From Octopus sinensis (taxonomy: Eukaryota), in the NCBI RefSeq assembly GCF_006345805.1, contig NC_042999.1, positions 94,860,001 through 94,924,000 on the forward strand: a stretch of DNA of 64,000 bases, given 5' to 3'. The notes under the pieces were generated by a model. The model was given only the letters and a program-made list of their open reading frames with translations. It made no database searches and was not told where the DNA came from. Positions 12,087 to 24,960 of this stretch are shown in pieces. Within the stretch, counting starts at the first letter, position 1, and each line of letters starts with the position of its first letter. The translations under genes and the position numbers were made by a program.

Positions 12087-12330
12087 GATATGGCGTAGTG
12101 ATACCGTGTTCGATTCCAAGCAGTGACCTGAACAATAATAATAATAACAACAACAATAATAATAATAATAATAATAATAATAGCATCGACAAGACCTTAG
12201 GAATGAGAACCCAAGTTCGAAATTTTCCCAACACACCTGAAGAAGGCTGGAGGGTATATCAGCTGAAACGTTTTGTTAACAACAAACAAGATTAGGACAA
12301 ATATCCGTCGAATGTAAATAATGTAAATAT
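12081..12330 (+). mobile_element. tRNA-headed SINE of the same family; right member, carrying a hammerhead-like module
   Basis: GGATATGGCGTAGTG, GTTCGATTCC, (AAT)n, CCTTAGGAATGAGAACCCAAGTTCGAAATTTTCCCAA, hammerhead core, GATTAGGACAAATATCCGTCGAATGTAAAT. Confidence 0.8.
12232..12278 (+). ncRNA. PLE-type minimal hammerhead ribozyme-like motif (degenerate)
   Basis: ACAC-CTGAAGA-A-GGCTG-GAGGGTATAT-CAGCT-GAAA-CGTT: CUGANGA box at 12237-12243, helix II GGCTG/CAGCT, GAAA at 12265-12268, palindromic AACGTT helix III; helix I poorly paired in this copy. Confidence 0.55.
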
Positions 12331-13390
12331 CACATGCTCTGAAAATAGAGAGTACAGTGGCTGGGAGTTGAGAGTCGTCTCGAGTTTTACCAAACATACA
12401 TTGATAAAGAGTGGCACGTTAGGTTATATATGTTGTCATGGTTTATCATCCAAAGTTTTATTCTCCATATTTCGTACTACCTTCCTCAAAAGCTCCGGAT
12501 TTTGCTGAAGGTGGTGTGCATACATTGAAAACAATGCTATGAATATGCGACTAAGTGAGGCATTTTATTTGCATCTGCTTAATTTCAACTTAGATACAAA
12601 GTTAATAGTCAATCAGCATTGATACAGTTAACTGAATGAATTCCAATATATCTCTCCAGGAATCTTTGACAAAAGAAGGAAAGATAATGTTGAATCAAGA
12701 GGAATATTTCCTGGGGTCCTTTAGGGTTGAAACTAGATAATGTTATTCAATGGGAAGTCATATCATAACAGTTACGTCAGAGCTGGCCGTGCTTCTGAGG
12801 TGTCTTCCTGTTAGGAAAAATATCATCGATCCTTACTCGTTTACTATGCAATTAAAAAAAATATATAAGAAACCATAGTCTAATCAGGTAATTGTTAGAT
12901 TAAAGAACTCTTAAAGTGGCTGCCATCCAAGTTATAGGTAAGATTTAAGAGAGAAATTATTGACTTCCATAATAAGTGACATGACGGTAAACCTATCAGG
13001 TATTTCGGAAGTGTGAATGAGTTGAAACCTCCTTTTGCATCTGAAGAATGTCAGAGTAAACTTTTCTATTGTATGCAGATATTTTGGTATATTCAATAGA
13101 TTGAAACATATATACTAAGAAATGTAAAATAGCTATACCTTTCATTTGGAAAACGAAGTTCCCAGTTTTCCTCCTATATTTTTTACGTTCAAACGAAACG
13201 TACATCTTTCGTTTAAATTCAGTGTCATTGGGAATATATTTTATATCTGCATACGCTGCATTGGATGCATTCTCTTGAAAGTGATATAGTCTGTTTTTTA
13301 TTTCTTTTTTCTCCTACCCTTCTCTTTCACTTTCTCTTTTTTTCTTTCTCACTTTCTCCTCCTCTCTCTAACTATATATGTATGTATGTC

Positions 13391-13433
<43 letters not shown>

Positions 13434-14009
13434 ATGTTTGTATGTGGTTATAAATATATATATATATATACATATATGAATAGAGGAAAATGTTCACAGA
13501 TTGAAACAATCTCCCAAATTTATAAACAACGTAAATCCTCACTTTTAATTCACAGTAGAGTTCAGCAATGATAAACTCCGCTTAGGAATTCTAATGAACA
13601 GAAGAAATACAACGATGAAAAGTGACGTGTCCATTATAGCTCACCGACCTATGGCAATACATCTTTACAACATTTCGCCCAAAACACACTCGAAACTACA
13701 TTCCATTAGATCTAGCAAAACGAGTATTCACGATTACATCAAACCTGGAACAAGACACAGAAGATTAAAGCAAATGAAAGTTACACTTATCAAATAAAAA
13801 TACTCTATGAAAATTATTGAAATTAGAATTCAGAAAACCAATCAAATTAATATCCAAGAACATCGAGCAATAAAAGCCAAAAAGAAAAAATACTACTCCG
13901 TATATATTTCAAACTGTTAACATAAGGAACACCGATATTTTCACCAACATCTGTCTAAACATATCAATATTATTAAATGACGAAAAAATAAAATCGTCTT
14001 CGAAAAACA

Positions 14010-14385
14010 TCTTTCTCTATATAAACGGCAGTTTGTCTGGGCGTGTTTCTGTGTGTCTGTTTGCTTGTACCCTCACCCTGACCACGGCTTTCAACCGATT
14101 CTGATGAAACTTGACACACACATAGCCCAATGTCATAATTCAAAACTAACGCAGCCAAAATTTTGAAAAGTTCTCCCAGTTCTGAAAAACATCGATAAAT
14201 TCGACATGGGGTCGAGAATCAGAAACACGAACCACAAACTGTCTAGGGGACGCAACTCAACCTTTTTTAACTCTCAAAAAAAATTTACCATCATTTTTTT
14301 TTGCTATTTGTTGGCTATAACTCTCTAAAAATGCTTTATAGTTATTTCCCTTACAAACCTGAGCAACGCCGGGCGATACTGCTAG
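14010..14385 (+). mobile_element. Non-autonomous Helitron (376 bp)
   Basis: A|TC 5' end (TCTTTCTCTATATAAA); 3' end ACCTGAGCAACGCCGGGCGATACTG-CTAG|T; inserted between A and T with no TSD. Confidence 0.8.
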
Positions 14386-14519
14386 TCTAGTTATAAAAGC
14401 TAGGCAAATAATATCACTAAAACGGATATTGACCAATGAAAAGTTATATATACAAACGGCAAAATTAATGACACCGGCCAAACTACGGAGGATGTAGCTA
14501 CGTATAGGAGGGTCCCGAA

Positions 14520-14822
14520 TTGCTCTTCATAGCAGACCTTATCTTCAAAATTATAAACGATTTTTCCTGCAATTCGGACTACTTAATTTACATTATAACA
14601 TGTAAAACTGTCAAGAACAATTCATTGTACGAGCGAGCACGCCAATCAGAAAGGAGAATGACGGTACTCCACAAACTATTCAGGCAACCATACACTAGAA
14701 AATTACCCCTGAGAAAACATATAGATAGTTGTGGAAGGCAGGTCTTACCCAACTTATCTATTTTCCCTTTATACGCATGTAACAACTCAGCGTTTTGGTT
14801 TTACTATACTTTATTGGACTAG
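14520..14822 (+). mobile_element. Penelope-like element GIY-YIG endonuclease remnant
   Basis: FKIINDFSCNSDYLIYIITCKT...RM..H...LPLRKHIDSC...LSIFPLYAC matches the PLE GIY-YIG layout; the YIG motif is lost. Confidence 0.75.
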
Positions 14823-16429
14823 AAAGTATTCTTTTGTTTATATGTGGTTAGAAAATGTGATTAAAACTTTAGTTTCATACGTTTTTATGAGTTATTCTTT
14901 TGAACTTTCAACCTTATTGGAAGCTTACTGTTGTTCAATACTATTCCTTGGTTTAATATTTATATCACCACCTGTCTGTTTCCCATTTAGTTGTCTTATA
15001 TCATATTTTTATATATTCTTTTATATATTTTTTAAAACTCTTTTTTTTACTTTAACAACTTTACTTCCTCTTTTTTTTACCCCTCTTTGCTTTTGTAAAC
15101 ATTAAGGATGGTCAATTCCTTGAACTTCTATCTAGCATCTTAATTTATATGAACTAAAACTAAAGATCTTTAGTTTTTCTGACCAAACCAAGTTAATTTT
15201 ATCTAGTCTCGATCTTACACATATTGTATATATAAAGAGAAAATGTGTGTATACTACGAATGGAATCATCGGTGAAACCATTATGTTATGTTATTATAAG
15301 CTAGTTTTCTGTATTTGCATTTCTTTATGAATATACAATTGTATTATATAATGCATAGCAAGCATATTAGTACAAACATATAAGCATAATTTATTCAACC
15401 GTATACTTATTACAACATGAAGAAGGTTGTAAAACGGCCGTAATCCCTTAGGCATCAGATGGTTGAATAAATATATTCATGTCTCATACCTACTGACATT
15501 TTAAGGTCTATATACTCTGTGAAGTAATTTCACAGGTCGGATCTTCTGGATTTCAGCTGCATGGATATTATATTACATTTCTCAATATTGAATTATTATG
15601 TGGTCTGCTAACCGGATCCTTTAGAGGAGCTTTTTGTAATAGCCACACAATTTTCTGAACCCATAGCGTATACGACAAATGTGTGTGTATAAATGTGTGG
15701 AGAGATTGAGAGGGAGAGTGAGATATATGTAAATGTATGCGTGCATATGTGTGTCTGTATGTTATGTGTTTAGGAAAAAGAAAATAAATTCGACCGCAGT
15801 AGCGTTTCAAGCGAGATGAAACTTTATACTTAATTTATTTTCACTTGTCTCAGATATCTCCAGTGTTTATAAAACATAAATATGTTATTGATTTATTCTA
15901 AAATATTGATGACTTTATTGAAAATAACTTGGAGTTTCAAAAACACGAACCTAAGAATCATATAAAGATTATTGCTTTCGATTTTCACATACAACTCCGA
16001 TAGTTTCCGAGATTAGTTAATCAAAATCCGTAAGAAATTGGCGAAACATTGAAATTTCGCTACATATAAAGAATATGATTAGGATGTGCGCGAATGTTAA
16101 TGGGATGATGGACCAATAATTATTAAAAGGAAAGTCTTGCTTCATGAAAACAAATAAAAACTATTTCTGTTTGTTATTGCAAGTACAGATTCTTACAGCA
16201 TAATCCTGTCAACTGAGAACATTGAAGTGCTTAGATAATTAGATAAATGTTTCAGAAAATATATAAATGTGTTCTGTAATATCTTATACGTTTTCGGATT
16301 AATAACAACATACTGCCAGTGTTGCAGTAGTAATATGCAAATCTATTAAAGAGGACTCCAGTTTCCTCAAAGACAACTTTAACTTATCTGCAAATTACCG
16401 GCTATTTTCTTTTTCACCAAAAGCACTTT

Positions 16430-16566
16430 CTACTACTCTTCTTCTTCTCCTTCTTCTTATTATTATTCTCCTCCTCCTTCTACTTCCTCTTCTTTTTCCA
16501 CCTCCTCCTCCTTCTTCTGCTGCTACAACAACGACAACCACTACTACAACTACTGCTATTACTACC

Positions 16567-16608
<42 letters not shown>

Positions 16609-16670
16609 GCAGCAGCTGCTGCTACTACTACTACTGCTTCTGCAAAAATTATTACTGTTGTTGTTCAGTA
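16430..16670. repeat. Compound trinucleotide microsatellite (CTT/CCT/CTA/CCA/CTG)
   Basis: Direct reading. Confidence 0.9.
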
Positions 16671-19600
16671 GTCTTATTTTTATCACGTGCTTTCACTGCA
16701 CTACCGAGCGCAGCTCTCTGTGCCTTGGGTATGTGCTGTGGTTTGTTGCGGTTCTCTTATTTTCACTGTATTGAAAGTGTTTCACGTAGGATGTAGGCAG
16801 TGCCTAGTAGTGCTATTTTCTGTATGTTATGTATACTTCTAAGTCTGAATATGCTCAAACATTCTCTTATCCATGAGTATGGGAACATGTTATAGGCTTT
16901 CTTATAATCTATCCATGCTATTGGTAGATTTTTCATTCTAGCTTTTACTTCATTTAGAACTGCATTGTCTATATATAATTGAACATGCATTCCTCTAGCC
17001 TTCTTCTGAAAGGATTCCTGTTAACAGCTTTTACACTTATAGTAAGGAAGTGATTGGTCTATAATTGCTAGTGGTGTTACTCTTGCTTTTATCTATCATA
17101 AGGAGTATTGTCCTCCCTTTAGTTATCCAGTCTTGTATTATTCCTCCATTAAGGTAATCCTGAAGCCGTTCCCTCAGCCTCTCATATAAACTACCAAATT
17201 TCTTTAGCCAGCACTCTTGAACTAAATCTGGACTTGGGCCCATCTAAGTCGGCATTTATCCTAACACTTTATTCATTAATACCCTACAAGTCTTAGATCT
17301 GCCTGCTTCTCACTCACTACTTCTTCCCTCACTTTCTTTAACCATACTGCATCTCTATTATGACTGACTGGTTTGTCTCAAATATTACTCCTCAAGTATC
17401 TAGCTTCTGCATTAGGTTTCTCGTCTTCAGCACTTCGTTTTCCACAATTTATTTGGCTATAAAATCTCTGATCTGTCTCAAATAATCTATTCTGTGGATT
17501 CTGATCTATTCTGTTCTGATATCTGGGTAGATTGCCTGCTAGTGCGATGATACGCTGTTTCAACTCTTCAATAGCTGTCCCAAATCCTTTCTCTTTATCT
17601 TAATGGGGCTCCCTGCTGGAGCCTATGCAGCAGGTATTTAAAGGGAAAAATTTGACAAGACAGTCAGTCACCGGCTGACACTCGCTGACGATACATCGAA
17701 GAGGCCAGGGAACAGAAGAAAGAAGAAGAAGACATGCACCCAACACCAGAGCTGAACACATCTTCGAAAGGGGGGGCCCCGCCACGTCAAAGCGGTAGAA
17801 GAGTAGGGGCGGAAACCGGACGTGGTTCCTCCTGATGATGTCTTGAGCTAACTGGATCCTATAAAGGAGCTGTTGTGGTAGCAGACCACGAAACACGGTT
17901 GTAATTCCTCTCAAGAGAAGATTTGCATCTTGTGTTTCCTAACGTGTTTCCTAACGTGTTCCTAACGTGTTCAGTATTCTGTTCTATTGAGATCTTGTCT
18001 TAAAGTCTTCAGTTTATTTTGTAATCTCCTTTTCCACATTTGCTCTTTTTTAATCTTGTGTTGTGGAATATCTAATTTTCTAGTAGCTACTACCCTTCCT
18101 GCATAGATCAATAAGTTAATGTCTACTATTTTTTAAGTATCTATCCAACTGATAATAGAATCTACTTCCTGCATCTCATCTAAAATCTTCCGTCTTCCTC
18201 ACTTGAATCACTTCAATCGCTAGTGCTGGTTGTCCAATCCTTATTGGTTGCGCTATTATTTTTTCCTTTAGGTTCTTCTTTCGTTTAAGCTGTATCTCTT
18301 ATGTTGTTTTTTGTCTTTCCTACTGCCTGGTCTTTCTTTTCCAGTTCTCTTGTGATTTCCTTCACCTCCAATTCTGTCATCCACTCTTCTCCGAATAGTG
18401 TTAGCTTGATCTACTAATCTCTGCTGAGTCAATTTAAACATACCCTTCTCTATCCAAAGTGTTAACATCCGTTTCCTATAGTCCCTTCTTTTGGGTTCAC
18501 TTTCTAAGTAGCACTGCATCACTATCCTGTTTTCTTTGCTGCTCCACTTCCTCCTACTTGCTCTATTATCTGCTGATGCTGCATTAAGATAACAGGTCTT
18601 GCGCCACTAACATGAAACCTTCAGTCTTTGCTTCAAGTCCTGAGCTTCTCAGCCACTGATAGGTTGTTGCTTGGTCTACATCAGTATTTCCGTTTCGAAG
18701 TATAGTCTGTCCATGCAGAGGCTTCTAGATCCACTGCTCCTCAAATTGTTTCTGTCCATTCTTTTAGAAATCTGTTTGATCAGCTTTACTTCTTGGTGGT
18801 AGTGGTTTCAGATTCTTCATCTAATTTAGGGTTAATACCGAGTTTCCTTCCGAAATTGCAAGCTTCCTTGACAGTAGAATGTGATTTTTTGCAGCTTCCG
18901 TGTTTGCATACAAGCCACAGCATCCATTCTTCTGTACTAGATAAGTACCTGCTCATTGCTACTGTGGAGGTCCTATAGAACAGTTTTCCCTGCATCATTC
19001 CTCTTCCCTCATTACTTCTAGGTAGGTACAGACGATCAACGTCTGCTTTTGGGCGGTGCATGTTCTTAGATGTTAGTAATTTTCTTGCCTTCCTGTCCAG
19101 GCGCTGGAGCTCTGTAAGATACCTGTTAATGATGGGCTACTGAAAGTGCCAGGACTTCGGCACGATTTTTGGTGCTAAGTTCAGATTTTATTTTCACTCC
19201 TATTCGCCTGTAATACTCCATTATATTTTTTCCTTCATAGTAGCATGTTGTACACCATCTCCTTCGTTTGTCCCCAGGTATTTATAGCTTTCATGTGGGT
19301 CAAGCTCCTTGATGGTAGTGTCGGTATCTAATTTAATTGAAGCTGGTTGCTTGAGCTTGTCGCTTACAAAGGTTGCTTTAGCACACTTATCAAGGCTAAA
19401 ATCCATCCCGATGTCATTGCTGGACTCTTTAACTGTTGTTAACAACCCTACTAGCTCTTCGTCATTTCTGGAAAACAGCCTCAGATCGTCCATATAAAAC
19501 AGATGGTTTACTATAATATATACTTCGGACCCATACTTGGTGTTACACAGTTCATTGGAGAATAGGATCAGTGCTATGCAAAAGAGTAATGAGAAGAGGG

Positions 19601-19720
19601 AGTCACATTGAAAGGTGCCTCGTTTGATACTGATGTTATTAGATTGGCTCATCTCATCACTATGGTATAGAAAGAGAAGTGTATTCCACTTGGACATGCA
19701 TCCTTGTAAGAGTTTGGAGA
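16670..19720 (-). mobile_element. RLE-type (R4/Dong-like) non-LTR retrotransposon, decayed and rearranged
   Basis: IKRGTFQCDSLFSLLFCIAL and NHLFYMDDLRL (RT core); HRPKADVDRLYLPR..GRG (thumb); MQCYLESEPKRRDYRKRML.LW.EKGMF (N-terminal); SNYRPITSLL and AWIDYKKAY (RT1-2); IQKIALLGTAYILRETL* (C-terminus) followed by a 3' UTR. Confidence 0.9.
17602..17975 (+). mobile_element. ~370-bp insert interrupting the LINE; possible PLE terminal repeat
   Basis: LINE coding resumes on both sides (LKTLRQDLNR | KIKRKG..EELKQRI); insert is GC-richer and contains CTGATGA...GAAAC...GTA, TATAAAGG and three copies of (T)GTTTCCTAAC. Confidence 0.5.
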
Positions 19721-19834
19721 CGCCAAGGTGTATTATTATCTTTTTTTTTTATCCACCACGACAATGCCTCGTTTCCGAGAGTATTGATTAGTAAGTTAGA
19801 TTGAATTGTAAGTTATTATTATAATTATTATTCT

Positions 19835-20015
19835 GTGCATGTCATCAAAGTGACACTGGGGTAAAATATACAAAGCCCAGTGTACCCATCAGGACTACCC
19901 GTCTGATAAGGGTACACCAGGCACATGCATCACAACCATATGTGCGCGACATTGTGATCTCATATCAAGATAAACAGCGCATGACCTTGCAGGTGGGGCC
20001 CAGTTAGAATTTTCT
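19835..20015. mobile_element. Dispersed SINE-like family C, partial copy
   Basis: CATCAAAGTGACACTGGGGTAAAATATAC...GTGGGGCCCAGTT, close to the copy at 24003-24165. Confidence 0.85.
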
Positions 20016-20089
20016 TCTGTTATCATTATTATTATTATCATTATTATTATTATTATAGCTAATACAAGCTAAGTTAATTATTAGAGATG

Positions 20090-20830
20090 TTTTTTTTTCT
20101 AGGATTTAATGGCAAGTCTCATATATCACAAGAATTTTTGTTAGAATTCTTGCAGATTAGATGATGATGATGATTTCCTGTAGGTCAGTAATAAATGTTT
20201 CAGTTTAGGTATCTGAAGAAAAATCATTCGTACCGGTTTCGTTATTATGTTGGATTCACCAATTACTACAACAGCAATTTTTCACCCTTGTGTTTCACAA
20301 TCTCTCCATCTCTCTGGCTAGGGTTCTAATATTTCTCAGTTTTCTCAATATCTACTCTATTATTGTAAATTGTTGCAAAATCAATGATGTTACACTATTT
20401 TTTTTTACCTCTACACGATCATATCTGGTTTCATTGCTTTAATCATATGATCGGCCTCACTGGAGAAATCTCATAAATCCCTGTAATTATATCATACGCT
20501 AGGACAGCCTTCGGGTCGTGTTCCTACCACTTTCCTGTTACTGCTAATCCACTGGCTTGGCTAACATCCTAATGCGCTAATTTACTGAAAGAGGTACGCC
20601 TGCATTAATACACATTTTGTGCTAGCTAACTACACTCCCTTATCTTGTCTTTATCAAATTCGTTCTAATAGAGCCATCTTGAGCGGCTATAATTAACGAT
20701 CCAGTTTCTTGTTTCAGTTTGTTTCCTTCTTTCTTCCAGCCCACACTATCTTTCCTCACTTCCAGTATCCCGAGTTTGCTGCATGACCTGGCCATGTAGT
20801 TCCTTGTTACCAGTTAATTGTCCTATCCTG
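20090..20830 (-). mobile_element. RLE-type LINE 3' fragment
   Basis: KELHGQVMQQTR, LKQETGSLIIAAQD..IRTNLIK, KPDMIV, IIDFA, VVVIG (restriction-like endonuclease region). Confidence 0.75.
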
Positions 20831-20835
20831 TACTT

Positions 20836-21018
20836 TCCTCTACTACTACTACTATTACTACTACTACTACTATTACTACTACTACTACAACATCTACTAC
20901 TACAACATCTACTACTACAACATCTACTACTACAACATCTACTACTACAACATCTACTACTACAACATCTACTAATACTACTGCTGCTGCTGCTACTAAC
21001 ACTACCACTGCAACTACT

Positions 21019-21068
<50 letters not shown>

Positions 21069-21200
21069 TACTACTACCACTACTATTACTACTAATAAAG
21101 CAACAATTACTACTACAACTGCTGCTGCTGCCACAGCTAATTACAACTATTACTACCACTACTATTGTTGTTGTTGCTGCTACTACTTCTTCAACTAGGA
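20836..21200. repeat. (ACT)n microsatellite with a 15-bp higher-order unit (ACTACTACAACATCT) repeated about five times
   Basis: Direct reading, about 20878-20955. Confidence 0.9.
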
Positions 21201-21261
21201 CTAAAACTATTACCAACAACATCAACACTCTTACTTATACTACCACCCCGTGTTTGGGAGA

Positions 21262-21536
21262 GGGGCATACTCGAACTGGCTGAATTGTTAACACGCCGAA
21301 CGAAGATCTTTGCAACATTTAGCCTATCTTTGTGTTCTGATTTCAAATTGTATCGCGGTTAGAAATGAGCTGGCACCCTGCCCCGAAATTGCTGGCCTTG
21401 TACCAAAGTTTGAAACCATTACTATCATCATCATCATCATCATCATCATCAACGTCGTCGTCGTCATCGTCCTTGTCGTCGTCGTCGTCATCATCATCAT
21501 TAGTATTATTATTGTTATTATTATTATTAATTATCA

Positions 21537-21576
<40 letters not shown>

Positions 21577-21790
21577 GGCGGCGAGCTGGCAGTATGTTTA
21601 ACACGCCGAGCAAAATACTTTGCGGCATTTCGTCCATTCTTACGCTATGAGTTCAAATTCCACCGATGTTGACTTTGCTCTTCTTCCTTTTGGGATCGAT
21701 AAATTAAGAACCAATGAAACACTGGGGTTCATGTAATCGACTAGTCCCTCCCACTAAATTTCAGGTATTGTCCATTTAGTAGAATGGCTT
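21262..21790 (+). mobile_element. Two family-A SINE copies (internally deleted 21262-21420; near full-length 21577-21790) separated by ATC/GTC/ATT repeats
   Basis: GGCGGCGAGCTGGCAG head, GAGTTCAAATTCC, GGGATCGATAAATTAAG, AAATTTCAGG tail. Confidence 0.8.
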
Positions 21791-21807
21791 ATTATTATTA
21801 TTATTAT

Positions 21808-21847
<40 letters not shown>

Positions 21848-23629
21848 TTATTATTACTATTGAGATTGTTGTTGGTTTTGATGTTGTTATTGTTTGTCCT
21901 GTGTTCGCCAATTGTACGCCTGTATCTTTTACAATTTATTTATTGTTTTGCCCTCAAATGGCTACGTACACTATATCTTTTTTTATATATCATTTTTTAA
22001 CAAACTGACATAGAATGTAAAATTTCACTTTTCCTTGGCGTGATTTCTTAGCTGGTGAAGTTTGCAGTTTTGCAATATTCGTCATTTTTCTGCTTTAAAA
22101 ATTAACAGAAAATTAATAATTATGTTCCAAGCCCAGTAAACATAAGTGGTGGATTTAACAATAAACGGTGATGTTTTCACCATGAGAACAAAAGACATTC
22201 TCCATAGCCACAACATTTTAACGTACTACAAGACAATAAGAGCAACTGAGTGGTATCACCACGACCAGAAGCTATCACGATAACAAAATCAACAATAATG
22301 AGAAGAAGAAAACAGCAACAAAAACAACAATAGCAACTAAAGCTACTACCTCTACAACTGATACTAATACTGTTACTAGTAATACAAATTCAAAGACAAT
22401 AATGACAAAGCCACCAATAATATCAGCACCCACGCGTTTACATTAAATTAAAAAGTTATTCCAGCTCTGCTTTTTTCTCAAATATTAATGAAACAATCAA
22501 CAAATTAAACAATAACGTCAAAATCATTTCCGCTAAGTTCAGCAGAACATTATGAAAACAACAATTACCAATGCCTTTACTTCCTCTTTTGCTGTTGGTT
22601 TTATTACTGATCAAAATAATAGCAAAAGAGATTACAATAAAGCAGGTGCAGCAACGAGAAATTAAGAAAGATATGAAATTCAGCTACAAGAAACCAGACA
22701 GGAATATTGTTTAGTAAGACGGTAAAGATGTGGGGAATTGAAAACACCTCCACTTCCAGAATTTACACAGATACAAAAATAGATGAAAAGGAACCTGCAT
22801 ATACATAAACACAAAATCTCAAAGAGCAGAGAAACAACAGCTTGCCCGTGTACAAAGATGAGTGAAACCTTTATGGGAGCATCATCTGTAACAGAAGAAA
22901 ACAATTCGGCATAGTGAGTGAGAAAAAGGCCGCGGTGGCCGATTCAAAATCCATCGCATCGCCCCGCTAAAGAACGATAATTTATTCTCGTACCAGCTTC
23001 TACGGACAGGAATGTGACGAAAGTAATAGAGATGGACATGCTGGTAGCTAAGAGTTTAAAGATTTACTGTTTTGAAAAATTGGCATTGACCTTTCTGTTA
23101 AATAATCCCCAATGGGATGTTTTTGTAGACTAAAGCAGTAATTTCGACAAAATTCCTCATCTTCCTCTTTTTAATAATGTAAGACGAAAGAAAATTTATC
23201 ATAATTTTTATAGCAAGCGTCTATAATTGGATGATTTAGCAATCAACATTGATAATGTCTCCCTAACGACGCATTCTTTGACGCCATCCCAGGGTATTTT
23301 CTATTGTTAATTCCTCCTCTTGGCAAGACGTGAGGAACAATTGAGAAACAAAAGCAAAATTGATGGGAATAAGTTGAGTTAGTTAACGTCCTTCCTCCAA
23401 TTTCCATTTGAAACAATTGTATTGTACTGTGTTCAATTGTATCGACTAACAACTCAGAACCAGGTTGCTGGTGAGTTAATTAAATTAACTAAATTTTAAA
23501 AAATGATTGTTATTATTTCTTTTTATGGGATTACCAAACATCCTCTATGATCATATTGTTTTTGCAGCTGAGTAAGCGAGAGAAAAACAAATTAAACATC
23601 GTTAGTTTTTAGCGTTCGGGGAGTTTGTG

Positions 23630-24523
23630 TTGATCCAGAAGTGAATTATTCAAACTCCAAAGAATTCCTTTCAACACTTGGCTATGATTCTCCCACACTA
23701 CTCCTACTTATGATCATAATGTCGCTACTAATGGGCATGTTAAACGAGTTAAGTTGAAGTAGAGGACAAACAGATCTGTTGAGCAGAATATTGAGCAGAT
23801 TATTTTCTATAGCCCATCGTTTACACCAAGATAAAACATATGCATGATAGCGCTCCCAATCAGTTAAGATGAGAAGCTACGAGAGCCACTGCCTGGTACT
23901 GCATCAGAACACGATTATGCACCAGAGAACAGGTACTGCATTAGGGGAATATATTATTATTATTATCATTGTTATTATTATTGAGTGAGAGAGCAGTGCA
24001 ACCATCAAAGTGACACAGGGGTAAAATATACGAAGCCCAGTATTCCCATCATGAATAATTGTCTGATAAGGGTACACCAGGTACATGCATCACAACCATG
24101 TGTGCGCGACATGGTTATTTCATACCAAGATAAACAGCGCATGACGTTGCAAGTGGGGCCCAGTTTCGTCTAGTCAAATACCCCATCCCGGTCAAAAGGT
24201 ACCTGAATAAAGGTTGTCTAAAGATGTTGAATGAAACACACACATTTGCAAAGGTGAATTATCCAAACCCCAAAGAATTTCTCTCAACACATGGCTACGA
24301 TGGTTTCCCACTACTTCTGCTCGTGATCAGAGATGCACATATCGTCATCTACTTAGGGACATGCTCAACTGGTAAAGGTCAAACAAATGACAAGCAAATC
24401 TCTGGTATTGAGCACAGTATTTGTTGTAGCCAATCTCTCATGCCAAGACAAAAGAATGTACATAAAACTTTAACCAGTTAAGAGAAGCCATGAGAGTCAC
24501 TACCTGGTACTGCATCAGAGCAT

Positions 24524-24525
<2 letters not shown>
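23630..24525. mobile_element. Family C repeats: partial copy 23630-23930 and ~540-bp copy 23985-24525
   Basis: GTGAATTAT(T/C)CAAAC..CAAAGAATT...GAGAG(C/T)CACT.CCTGGTACTGCATCAG occurs in both copies; the upstream part matches 19835-20015. Confidence 0.85.
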
Positions 24526-24569
<44 letters not shown>

Positions 24570-24589
24570 TGTCACTATTTGTATTTTTA

Positions 24590-24960
24590 TCACGTGCTTT
24601 CACTGCCGCTCTGCGTGCCTTGGGTATGTGCTGTGATTTGTTGTGGTGGTCTTATTTTCACTGTATTGAAAGTGTTTTACGGAGGATGTGTGCGATGCCC
24701 AGTAGTGCTATTTTCAGTATGTTATATATATTTGTAAGTCCTTATGTTTTTGTCATATATTTGTCAGCAAGTTATTTTATCATACGTAATACGCCTACTA
24801 CGATAGGAATTGTTTCTGTTTTTAAACTCCACATCCGAGTTATCTCTTTTTCCAGATCTTTGTATTTTGAATTTTTCTCCGTTTCTTTAAGAGAAATATT
24901 GTCATCTATTGGTATTGATGCATCGATTGGAAAGCATATGTTTTCTTAGTGAATTCTGAC
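24590..24960 (-). mobile_element. RLE-type LINE 3' end, same family as 16670-16830
   Basis: TTTTATCACGTGCTTTCACTG...GTGCCTTGGGTATGTGCTGTG...ACTGTATTGAAAGTGTT is shared; encodes KIALLGIAHILRKTLSIQ*. Confidence 0.85.

Noticed and set aside
20746-21601. Long poly-T/V/L/S/D ORFs
   Set aside because: Translations of trinucleotide microsatellites
22237-22449. Thr-rich mucin-like open frame
   Set aside because: Decayed ACA/ACT repeat with no start codon or splice sites
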